From positions 9,982,001-10,046,000 of the forward strand of contig CM120642.1 of assembly GCA_051362555.1 (NCBI GenBank): DNA of 64,000 nt. The letters run 5' to 3'. The position numbers were made by a program, and so were the translations under genes. This stretch comes from Lingula anatina (Eukaryota > Animalia > Brachiopoda). Position 1 is the stretch's first letter, and every line of letters starts with the position of its first letter. The notes under the pieces were generated by a model. The model made no database searches, had not been told where the DNA came from, and worked only from the letters and a program-made list of their open reading frames with translations. Positions 11,952-23,925 of this stretch are shown piece by piece.

Positions 11952-14900
11952 TTTCTATTACTTATTTTTTATAAACTTGTGTCATCACTTTCTTGTAAAA
12001 TATCCATTAAATACTTTTACTGGTTTATAAATTAGGTCAGTGTTCAAGAAAGTTATGTCACAATGCTTTTCCAAAGAGAGCTTTTTTTCCACAGGTAAAG
12101 TGGAATGAATTTATGTGCTGTGCTAGTTGTGTAGCTTCTCTATGTCACACCTACCACATTGGTAACACTTACATCGAGTTGGAATGTTGACACTGCAGGT
12201 AGCTTTCATGGTGTGACTTTCTTTCTGGTCATTGGGCCCAAGCAGCAGCATATCTGTTGTCAAGGAAGGACATTAAAAATAGTATTATTTGTATAACAGT
12301 TGCAACTATAATGCAAGTCATGCACCAGGCTATCAAAAAGCATGAATTTTGGTGAATACTTCCTGGTACGTACAACCTGTATTATTTGGAGAATGAGTAA
12401 TACTGTTTACTCTCAACCTGTTATTTGTTTAATCTATGACTATGAAGTTGGGACACTGGTGTATAGGTTATACTAGCACAATGTATGCATGATTTACCTC
12501 ATGTCCAATCCCAAAAACTGTTTACAGATTGACAACTCCTATATGATATTTATTGTCTCAAATATTGAAATAAACTTACCCAAATACAATATGTGTAGCA
12601 TGTATATGCAGATGATTTTAAGAACAGGTTTTGAGTGTATTATTTTCAACTCCAAAAAATCATAAATTGAATATATATACGTTTGCAGTTCATGATTGAT
12701 TATTTGAATTGTGATAAAAGAAGTACTTATCAATTAATTTGTAATACCTTTTTGATTAAAATCCCTTGATGGTGAGTCATCCTTCAAAGAACAAGACGCA
12801 CAGCTAAAGGCAGGGTGAACAACATCTTCCTGGCTTTCTGACTCCTCCCTCAAAGTTATCTTCATTGCATGCATGTCGCTGGTTGACGGTTCGTTTTCAA
12901 AATTGCCCATCCTTTTTTTATCCCCACAGATGCAAGAGGTGGCTTTCTTGTGACATCTAAGGCAAATGTGTTGTTGGTTGTCAATCTCGCCATTTGTTCT
13001 GGTGTCCAGGCAGCAGTTGCACTCACCTTCATATGGTTGGTGGTGTGGACTGTTGTTGTCTTTGTTGCTGTGGTTACTGGAGGGTAATTTCAGATTTTCC
13101 AGCTGTGGAGGGTCTTCCATGTGCTGCAAGGAGTGCTGTTTGGCTTGTAACCTTTGTGAGAACATTTGTATAGTGATTCATTTTGGTCAAAAATGCTCAT
13201 GTACATAATTATTTACTTATTATAAGTCTTTTCACTGTGCGAAACTTTCTCAGTGATGTATTTTGGTATTAGTTATGGAAATATGCATTAAATAATTAGG
13301 TGTGAAAATTTGGTTATCAAAACAAAACAGTAAAATTTTAATTACAAAGTGAGCTAGTACACTCATGCAATATTATATACTAGATTAAAATTTACATGTA
13401 ATTTACAAAAAGTGTATCTGTACTCTTCTAGCTGTCATACAGTATGTGTTTTAAAAATTGAGTTTCTTCACTGATATTTGTTCTTACTTCACATGTCCTA
13501 AACTTTGTGCCAGACCAGGGACAGGAATCCTTGGTAGTTCTTTATTTTTGACATCACCTCGTGCAAATACTGTAAAGTTATTACTGCATATTTCTTGGGA
13601 CTCAGATTTGCCTGGAAGTTATACATTACATTTTGAAACATTTGAAAATAATTTTTTTCATTTTCAAATTTTCTTTCATATTAAAGTAGGTGAAACCATT
13701 TTGATTACATTTAATTGCCCACACCTTTAAAAAATAGGAGGTTTATTACTCAGGTTTCATTTGGAAATGTATTCATTATTATTGCAATCTGAAAATAAAT
13801 TTTTATATCTTAAAATTAAGATTATCAAATCTTGTGACTTACTACAAGATGTGGCTTCTGTTCCAAAACTGGAAGATGAAACGGAACTTTCTGCATTTGT
13901 GAGTGAATATTTTGCCAACTTGTATCTCTTGCAGATAAAAATGGTTGCTATGATACCAGGAATAAGGCATATCAAAGCCAAAACTGATAAACCAGTTGCT
14001 ATTGTGATAGAAAGAGAGTCTGTTTTTGTAGGGATAGTATCTGAAAATATAAGAAATAAAAAAATTAACATTTATGGACACAGGCATGTAGTTTGTATAT
14101 AATTTAGTACAATGATATTATCAAAAGAAATGTAATAATTGTCCCAGTGTATACAGAATTTTGATAAGAATTGAACAATATTAATCATAACAGTTGTTGA
14201 TGAAAAGGCAGCATTCAGTTTAGTTTTCTCATTCTCTGTACCTTGCATCATGATGGGTTCTGTTCTTGTAAGGGGGTTTACTGTGGTGTAATCTGCAGCA
14301 CTGGTGTAGGTGGGAGTAGTTGTCTTTAGTTTCTTGAAGTAAAGGTGACAGTGGGGATGGTTATCCTGTGGAGTACATTTCTGACACACGGGTTCAGGTA
14401 TGTTGTCCCGGTCTGTGATTTCATAGTAGCTAAACACAGGAGAAAAAAAATTCTTTGTTTAGATTGCATATTAGTAAACTAACTTACTACTACTGTGAAT
14501 TATATGCGTGTTCATTATAACCAAGTATTCAAATGTGAAGAAGCTTAATTGTAAACATTCACCACAGTGTCTGTGGCAGTGATACCACACAAACTTTAGG
14601 TAAAATATACAGTATGCGTATATATATGCCTTCTAAAATGGTTATAAAATGATAACAAATTTTTTTTTAAAGTTGGATCCCAAAAATACTAAATCTTTCA
14701 ACAGAAGTAAGAGAAGCTGTGGATACTAGTAACAGTCTTCTAAATGAAATGTCTGCCTACCCATCTAAGCAGACTCCACACAGTGCATTCTGTGTAGACG
14801 TGCACTGCCTTGCCCAGTGCCTAAACCTCAGATCACAGTGTGCACAGGGCATGCACAGCGCCGCCTTGTGAACATCACTAAAAGTCGATCCATGTTCACA

Positions 14901-15966
14901 TGGTATGCATTCAAGTACACAGTACTCGCTCTGAAAAACAAAATTATCCAAGGTGAATTGCTAGTGTAATATTCATATATGATTATATAAAATTGTGGTA
15001 TTTCTTACTTAATAAAATATATAGCTGTATAGGCTGAGGGGTAAACATTTGTTAACACATTGAACACTAGTCATGAAGGTCATTAAAAGAAAATTATGAG
15101 GCCAGTTTCACAAATGCACTGTAATCAGGAGTTGGACCTAACTAATAATAAAACCTACAGTTTATTTTAAGAGTAGACAAATCTGGAAATTTAAAATAGT
15201 CAACTTAAAAATAATTGATAGCTGATATTTTGGACTAATTACTACATTATTAAGAGGACTGCCACAATATCATCTTTAAATTGACTGAAAGTTTTTGAGT
15301 TTTATATTTAATTATGATGAAATATCACCCAAAGCTCTTTTATCAAACCAGCCCCCTGAAGAGATACTTACGGAGTTTGGATTTACCCCATATCCAGGTG
15401 GGCAAGTGGTACATTTCTGACAGCATCCTTCAAATTCTTTGAATTTCCCGCCACTCCCGCATGGTTTGTCCAGTAAGCCCCGCTGTGCACATGTTGTGGC
15501 AGGGTAGGAGGAGACACTGACCAAGAGAGAACTCTGAGGAAAAAAATCATTTTCTAATCTTTTACCTAGATTTATACAATCTTGTTAATTGTATTTTTTA
15601 AAAAATTAAGGCCAGTTTATTATTGTACCATCTTTGATCATAAAGAAATGCCAAAAAAATAATTGTCACTTTCCTTCATTTCAGAATTCTCACTCTCTAA
15701 ATGGCAGTTTGATTGGGGGGGGGGGGGGGGGGGGGATTTTACAGGTTCCATTTGAAATAAAGGTGTTGAGAGGCAATATATAAGTGACTGTCATTAATCA
15801 AAATGACCTAAATGTCTTCTCTTAAGCAGATATGTTCACATGAGACTGAACAAACATTCACCTGTATTATCAAGACAGCCAGTAATGAAAAATAAAATTG
15901 AATATGTCTTGGTCCATATTTGACATCATTTTCTGTTCTCACAAGTCTGTTGAATGCTGACAGCAT
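10795..15966 (-). CDS. TNF receptor superfamily paralog 1 (EDAR-like, death domain), ~617 aa
   Basis: Phase-consistent exons: 15966-15862 (signal, ..FYFSLLAVLIIQ), 15533-15372 (CRD1 GCCQKCTTCPPGYG), 14930-14761 (CRD2), 14429-14242 (partial CRD3 + Thr stalk), 14040-13843 (TM ITIATGLSVLALICLIPGIIATIFIC), 13611-13488, 13151-12748, 12253-12173, 11846-11788, 11366-11321, 11111-10795 (death domain LAKYLDP..KSWFHFG..LERFDALDKI). Total 1854 nt. Confidence 0.88.
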
Positions 15967-16933
15967 ATTGTCTGAAAAAAAAAGAGTCTATATGTATATA
16001 AACATCTTACAGTGTACTTTTTCAATTTTTGTTTCATACTGGTAACTCTAGATGCTGCTTAATTATCAGAGGGTGAAAAGTGTATATATAGGTAGACTGC
16101 CCCATGCTATTTAAGCCTGGGTAGGGGCAACTTTAAAGCATTTATCAGTAAAAGTTGAAAATTCCAGCTGGAGAAAATAGTTAATTATTATTCTAATGTC
16201 TTCTTGATCAACCTTCTGTGGGTTATACTATATCTACCATGTTAAAATGAGTGTACATTAGACCTGGACTTACTAAGATGTTACTTATGCTGCCATAAAA
16301 AATTGTTTTGCATTAAATTTACTACCAGATAAATTAGAGAGAGAGAGAGAGAGACTGACTTACATGTACATGAAGCCTATGCACACCTCCCTTGCTCACA
16401 CACACCCATGTGTCCTGGCACCTCAGTGATACTAGTAGAAGGAAGTAATGTCTGTACCAGTTTTAAGGGCAGAAAATAACTTCCTTGTTACTACAAATGC
16501 ATTAGCTACAGGTAATAGTTTAAACTGGATGACGTGTATGTGGCCATGCTATTTATTGTGCATAGATGCTTGTAAGTGGAACAAAATATATTGATTATCT
16601 TTTCAGCAGTGGGAAAGATTGCTTTACATTTCCTCTAGTTTGAAAAACAAACATTAATTTTGTAATTCATAAATGGCTTGGGTTAGATGTTTATTAGAGT
16701 TTCTAAAATAAAATACTTGAATTAAATGGTAAAGACAAGATTATTTTTAAAACTTTTTGATTAGATAATATAAGTAGTCTTTTTATACAACTGAATGTGA
16801 CCATTTGCTATTCACTGGGCAGCTAGGTACATCTATCTTGCAGTGTGCCTAAAATTACTCATTGCATAGGCATCACTGTATTTCTTCAATCTTTTATAAT
16901 CTTTTATTCCACTAACTGCATGAGGTCCCATGC

Positions 16934-17190
16934 TGAGAACTGATAATCTTGTTTGAGGACAGGTCTTTCTAAACCCATACTAAAAATAGCTCACTTATTG
17001 TAAGAGCTAGAAATTGATAATCTTCTTTGAGGACAGGTCTTTCTAAAACCATACTAAAAATAGCTCACTTATTGTAAGAGCTAGAAATTGACAATCTTCT
17101 TTGAGGACAGGTCTTTCTAAAACCATACTAAAAATAGCTCACTTATTGTAAGAACTGAGAACTGATATTCTTATTTGAGGACACGCCTTC
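16934..17190. repeat. 74-bp minisatellite, ~3.4 copies
   Basis: gataatcttc/gtttgaggacaggtctttctaaa.ccatactaaaaatagctcacttattgtaag recurs at 16942, 17016, 17090 and 17164 (partial). Confidence 0.9.
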
Positions 17191-18254
17191 TTTTTTTTAA
17201 AAAACAGCCCGCTTACCACACATCACTATTTTTAAATCATAAGTATTTTTGTGTAGAAGCTACAGGTTTATATCTCACAATACAGTCAACAGCTCAAAAG
17301 TTTCTTTACCTAAAATACACGTACTTCGATCTATACACCTGAAATGGATGACTGAACAAGGATTTGAACTATGCTCATTGGCTAAGTTTTTATGAGTTTT
17401 TATTTATAAATGAGAGACAGATAACGAATGACAAAAAGAAAGATTTCATGATGTTTTCTTGCAAATGTAATAATAGTTTGTCTTACTTTGTTCTTCGTTA
17501 TCTGGGTATCCTGTTATTTATCTCAGTTCTTTATTTTTGTTCTTTATTTTCAGTCTTTGTTCTTTGCCATTCCCTATTTTAAGTCTTAATTTTCTTTCTT
17601 TATATTTTCGTTTCCCATTGGAAAATACTAGTAGTCTTGACTCACGAGTATCCTTTGTCTATTTTCCTCACTCTCTTTACCTTGTTTAGTCAACGTGTCA
17701 CTTATGTTTGCATAACTTTCTTTTTATCTTTTCACTAAGTTTTGTTTACTTTTATGTAATTTTATTTAACTGTACTAATTAGTTCATTATTCATATAGTT
17801 ATAAGTTATTAAGTTATTTTCAGTTTAGTTGGTAAATATGTAAATATATTCAATTGTGACTTATGACTCTATTTAATTCTTCATTAAGTCAACAGTTCAC
17901 TTAATATTTCCAGGTCTTCCAAATTAATATTGAACTGAACTCTGCAAAAGGAGTTGCACATTATTCTGTTTAATATAAAACCAGGCTTCAACTCCCACAA
18001 ATTGTTTTTAAGTTGCTATGAGCATTTATTTCCTTCATTTTTTGATGGATATAATGTGTCATTTAGCACCATTGATTAAGACTTTCCTGAAAGCAGGGGA
18101 CACTTCCTTGTCTGTTAGTCAAATATAATGCTGTGTTAGATTTATTAGTATCCATTACAATTTACATGTACCTATCCATTGAATTGCAAGTGCAGTTTGG
18201 ATGTTTGAAAAAGACCAATGCAAACAGTAATTAACCAATAAAACTCCCTTATAT

Positions 18255-18760
18255 TGTACCAGGCTCTTTTTACAGTGAAAAGCAATGATCTGACAATTTA
18301 TGTTGCTCATTAAAAACTATAATTTATTCACATGATATATACAAAACAGTTCCTTGTAACATTAATAATGGTGTTACAGTGTATAACTAGGCACAATTTG
18401 AATTTGTAAGTTATTCATTCATTCATAGATCTCAGCTGGTCAAGCAACTGCTGGTTGGTAGCCCTCACAGATTTCTCCACACTTGATGTTATCTCCCATT
18501 TTAGCTTTAGTAATACTGATACAATAATACTGATATATAATTTAAAAATTCAACATGATAAATTGATATATACAAATTCAATATCTTATTCAAACTTTCT
18601 GTTATTCATCTTCACTTCTATAACCACTAACAGAAAGCATTTTTAAAAAACAATTATCTTTCAATTTTCATTAGTGCCACAAGAATTTTGTCAGCATTGT
18701 AATACTTGTGATGAAAAAAAAAAATTCAAAGTTTGCCCAAGATAGCCATAATTCTCTCAT
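18255..18760 (-). pseudogene. Decayed duplicate of TNFR2 death-domain 3' half plus 3'UTR
   Basis: 18600-18760 aligns by eye to 18977-19118 (aagaattttgtcagcattgtaat; aagatagccata.ttctct) with indels. 18258-18310 and 18490-18600 match 18795-18975. Confidence 0.75.
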
Positions 18761-18977
18761 GCAAGCAGTTAAAATGTCCTTATTAGTATATTTGACCAGG
18801 CTCTTACAGTGAAAAGCAATGCACTGACAATTTATGTCACTCATTAAGAATTATCATGTATGACCTTCTGCTCAATGTCATCTCTCCATTTTGGCTTTGG
18901 TAATACTGATGACTTAAGGTATAATTTTAAAATTCAACATGATATATACAAATATAATATCTTATTCAAACTCTCTG

Positions 18978-21900
18978 TTATTCTTCATCTTCATTTATGA
19001 CCACTTTACAGAATGCATTCAAAGCATCGTATCTTTCCATTTTTGTTAGTGCCTCAAGAATTTTGTCAGCATTGTAATTAAGTGATGAAAGTATTTCTAA
19101 GATAGCCATAGTTCTCTGAGAGGGAGAATCTAAGTTAAGGAGTTGGATTTTTTCGAGACCAAATTTTTGTCCAAAGTGTATCCAACATCTTATTTTATGG
19201 CTGACTGGATGTTCCCTGTCCAGGTATTGTGCAAGTTCCTCTTTGCAAGAGAGATGAATCTCTTCAATTTTCTTATCTGAAATGTAAGTAATATAGAGGA
19301 TGAAAGTTTTTTAGGCTATGTGTAATCTTATGCTAAATACACTGCTTCTTTCATTCAAAATTACACTCTAAAACTGGAGTGGAGTGCGTGGTAACTGAAT
19401 GGTAACTGATAGTAGTTATTTCTAATCTAAAAGGGGTTAGTTATAATGGAATTAAGCTATGTCTGTCTTTATTTAAGTTAAGTATTGTTTAATATTCAGA
19501 ATTGTGTCATATGCTTTGATTTGACAAATTTGCATAAAATATTCACAAATTTACTAGAAAATTCAAATTTACACTTTGAATCATAAGTACATAACAAACC
19601 TTTCAGTTTTGCCTCAGCTCTTTCCAGGAGTTCCTTATCCACAGATTTTGCTCTATCAAGATGCTCAGTGTCCATCTGGGAAAAATAATATTGATAATTG
19701 ATGAAAAACATTGTTATTTAAAACATATTAAAGTAGACATAAAATTTATGCTATTGATCGAAATAATCCTTTCTGCCTCATCAATTTACTTTATTTTTCA
19801 AATTTTAGCTATCACATGGTTTTTTTAAATAGTTTTTAAAGTTTAATACAATGTTGCTATTCATTGCATACAACACTGACATTGAGGTACATTAAAATAC
19901 TTTTAAGACCCATTTCCGGTCATAATGGGTAGACCTAACTTAGCACAGAAGGCAGCTTGGTTATAACATTTACATGTACCTCACCTCCCCTGCCCAATGC
20001 CTCCAGCTCAGGCCTGAGCAAGTCACATCCATTTTGATTGACTCTTTATGTGGTTATGTATTTTAATTGCATTGGCACATCAGGTCCATTCTATTTTTTT
20101 AGAAAAGCACTTGATATTTAGTGCCTATTAATGCTTGCACAGCAATTGTGCATGAAATGTTGTATTTAACTTGTTAGCTTTTCAGTCATTAATTTCAAAG
20201 TAAGTGGCTTACTTTTTCATTGATGTCACTGGCAAATTGCTGTGTCATGGGGGATGCAGCTGGAATGATTTTGGGGCTCTCTGGCTTCATCCTGGCTGTT
20301 TGCATTTGGTCTGGACCGGCTGGTCTGTTATCATCGTGAACAGCAGCACACTGTGCATGTACATCTATGTTGCTACTGCATGTGTTATCTAAAATTTTCA
20401 CAAGAGTGTGATCAAAGTTGTGTTAAAAAAAAAACACTTACACATATAATAAATTATGATTTTTCAACAGCTTTGCAATCTTATTTTCTTGGGAATTTCT
20501 TGTGTTAGCATTTAATTAACTGCATATGTACAGGGTGTATGTAATGTAATAATATATAAACATCTACTTTTGGAAACTTCAGACATATAGATAATAGCCA
20601 TGATGCCTACAGACGGGGCATCTCCATAGTCCCAAGGTTCATTGGTCCAAAAAATGGTAACATTTTCATCGTTTTTTTTAATCAAAGGTTCATTGGTCCG
20701 AAGATTCTATATAGTGAACTTTCGAACCAATGAGCCTTTGGACTATCAAACCTTCGGACTATTGCTACAGCCCCCTACAGAGATGGAGGAATCAATTACA
20801 AATACCGGCAGTTACATTAAGCATGTACCTGTACCTTCAGAATCTGCTCCTTTTGTCTCTGAAGAACTTTGATTTGGACAGTCAGTGTGTTTGCTTTCAA
20901 AGTTGGTTCCATCATTATCTTCATCCTGAACTTTTTCTGCCTGAAGAAGCAGTGCGTGGTCTTGTGAGTTCTGTCTTTTAAGGCCATCTTTGAAGGGACC
21001 ACTGAGCTGTCTTTGAAGTGCTCGCAGAGAAAGTGAGGAATTTCTTCTACTTCTTCGATTGCATACACAGTGTTTTTGGTTGCGATGACACTCAGTGCAG
21101 AAGTCTTGATTGGCTGTCTGAACATTGGTTTCATCATCAGTCTTGTCTGGAAACACCTGTGTAGAATCATCAGTGTTCAGAGTGCTGGAGTCGCTACTTT
21201 CTGCTGACACGAGCTTTTGGCTGGCTTCACCTTTTTCATTTTTGGGTGTTCTGAAAATGATAAAAGTAATTCAGGGTTTACTTTTTCTATAGTCCAGTTC
21301 AGTGCGTATAAAAATGGGAATTACTGCATAATCTGAAATAATTTGGTTTGTGTTTTGGCATGGGGACTTAATTTGAGTTTTATAAAAATAAAAAAAAATG
21401 GCAATACTCGATTTATGTGTATCAGGGAATCTAGGCTCACTTCATATATAATTTTGATTTGAACATAGATCACTTGATATTCATTTGGGCAATTAATTTT
21501 ACTCATACTGTCCGTTTCACATTTAAGCTGGTTTTAAAGTTGATAAAGAGGTGAAAGCTCTATATGATATGGAATATTATTCTGACAAATTAAATTTTTG
21601 TGACAAATATAATTGATGAGCATTATGAAAATTTAACTATTTTTACCTAGAATTAGGGCTGTTAACTCGATTTTCAGAGTTAACGCCTTCATCCTCTCTT
21701 TCTTCTCCTCCTCCTGTCAAACTAGTATATTCTGAAATGGAAAATATAATTGTATATTTAAGGATATAATAAAAGGTAGACTGGCCCTAAAAAACTAAAA
21801 ACTGGTACTGTTGCTTGTTCTTTTATTATCAGTTAATGACCAAAATGATATGGCGTTTCTTCAACCTTAAAATATTTTGCAAGATATCAATTTGAAGCAG

Positions 21901-23925
21901 TGTGAAAGTGAATCTAACTGTGCAATAGGTGAGGCTGATACCTTGTGTCCTGTCATCAGTAACAACTGAGGATGGAGAATCTGAATGAACAGGTGAAGTT
22001 GCTGTACTGCTGATTGGTGTACCGCACTGTAGACGTAACTTTCCCTTCTTCCATAGTACTACCAGTACAATTACCAATACAAGCACAGAAGCTGTTACAG
22101 GTGCTATAATGAAAATCTTTGACTGTTTCTCTGATTTCTCCTCTGAGACCTCTTTGTTTTCTACCCCAATGTCACCATCTAAAAGAATTGAAATAAAAAA
22201 ATTAAAATAATTTCAGTAATGTGAGAATAATTTAATTAAGATAAAAAGTGTGGAAAAATTGGTCTGTGGTTGAGCTAATACTTTATAGAATGTCAGATGC
22301 GAAAAATCATGAAATGTCTGTGGCCAGAGTAGGTTAATTGTTAGGTATTAAACTGATAATTGCTATATGTTAAAATATTATAAGCAGTTGTGTGAAATAA
22401 ATTAATGGTTTTATCAATTATATATATATATATATATATATCATTTGACCAGTGATATGATAAAACTAGTTGGATTGTTTTCAAACAATTTCTACACTGA
22501 GGGAGAATACAAAACAGAGCATACATTTCTGTACTACGAGTAATATTAAATTTCCATGATTTTTATATAACCATTAACCACCAGCTTGTACAGTGAAAAA
22601 ATTTACCTTTAATTTGTTTCTGGGGAGACGTCTTTTTCAAAGAACTTGTCGTTTTTCTTGGTTCAGTAGCTGCTAGCGTCTCTGTTGTACCACTGCCATC
22701 TGTGGTAATAGTAGTCGAGGTTGTTGTGGTGAAATAGCTGTGACATTCAGGGCCATCATTTGAAGCAAGACAGCGTTGGCAGGTTTTACGCACTTTGTTA
22801 TCTATGTCCTTAACCTCATAGTATCCCGGTAAACATGTGCCACAAACTGTAGGGGATGTTACAGTGCACGCTTTTGCCTGGTGACGGTGTTGGTGATTAC
22901 ATTCTAAGCAAGGCGTACAAGGACTTACACCATGATCCTTCTTGTAGCTTACTCCTTGTACACAAGGTAAACATTCAATATCACAAACAGGCCCCTGGAA
23001 AGTATTTTGACATTTTAGATACGATATACTATAAAAGAAAGAGAGAGAGAGATGAGATATGAGTGAGAGCAGCCAGAGAGAAAGAGACAGAGATAGGGGA
23101 GTTAAAGAGGAGAAGAAGGATGAAAAGGAAGCTATATTATATTGTTAAAATAGATAATTATTGTATATGAATTTACAAATTTTAATTGGAAAAAGGCCAT
23201 GGCATATAAGCAATCATAAATTATACATATTCTCAATTTTACACTGAGCAAGTATTATTTATTTATTGAACACAATTGAATAATGTCAAAGATGCAGTAT
23301 TTGCAAATATGTACTTATTTAAAAAACACACCTCATAGTTTCTGTTGACTCCTTCTCCAGGCTTGCACTCATTACAGGTCTTACAGCACCCATCAGCTGT
23401 GAGTTCAGAGTGACTGTTGCAGGGAGGAGAGTAGTATCTGGTTCCTTGGGAAGCACATGACTGCAGGGAACTGCCATAGATACTCTGTATCTGTAACTGG
23501 AAGAGTAGATATGGAGAAAATTTTTACTGTTGATTTTCAATGTTTAAATTGTCTATATGATTATGGATTAAGCTGAAAGTTATAATTTTTTTAACAATTT
23601 TGAAAGAATGAGAAAAAAGTGATCATATTAGATAGCATATGATTATTTTTGTATAGATCTATAAGTAATTAATTTATATATATGATTTAAATTTATTACT
23701 CGTGACTTCAACCTTAAAAGCTTTGAAAATTTTGGCAAAAATGGCCTAGGAGCAGATATGAGGAAACTGCCTGTCTGACAGCTCATGACCATTTGAAATG
23801 CCAGAGGACCTGCAAGATTTATGATGTTGAAGGTCCTCTGGACTGACAAAGTTTATGAGAAAATACATTATATAATAATGAATCACATGCAAACATATAC
23901 TAACAAAAATAAAAGTTTGGACCAT
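18978..23925 (-). CDS. TNF receptor superfamily paralog 2 (EDAR-like, death domain), ~628 aa
   Basis: Exons: 23925-23887 (tentative signal MVQTFIFVSICLH, weak GTGATT donor), 23496-23332 (CRD1 DGCCKTCNECKPGEG), 22994-22607 (CRD2+CRD3+stalk), 22178-21942 (TM IFIIAPVTASVLVLVIVLVVLW), 21731-21647, 21250-20829, 20388-20213, 19675-19600, 19276-18978 (death domain ELAQYLDREHP..CWIHFGQKFGL..MERYDAL, not in ORF track). All phases compatible. Confidence 0.86.
20615..20774. mobile_element. MITE family 2 (~160 bp hairpin element) in TNFR2 intron
   Basis: ggggc...gcccc termini, internal inverted aaggttcattggtcc motifs, flanking direct repeat ctacaga; second copy at 59678-59834. Confidence 0.75.

Noticed and set aside
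16934-17190. Regularly spaced repeats resembling a CRISPR array (also 61100-61790)
   Set aside because: Units are head-to-tail with no unique spacers, there are no cas genes, and the DNA is eukaryotic.
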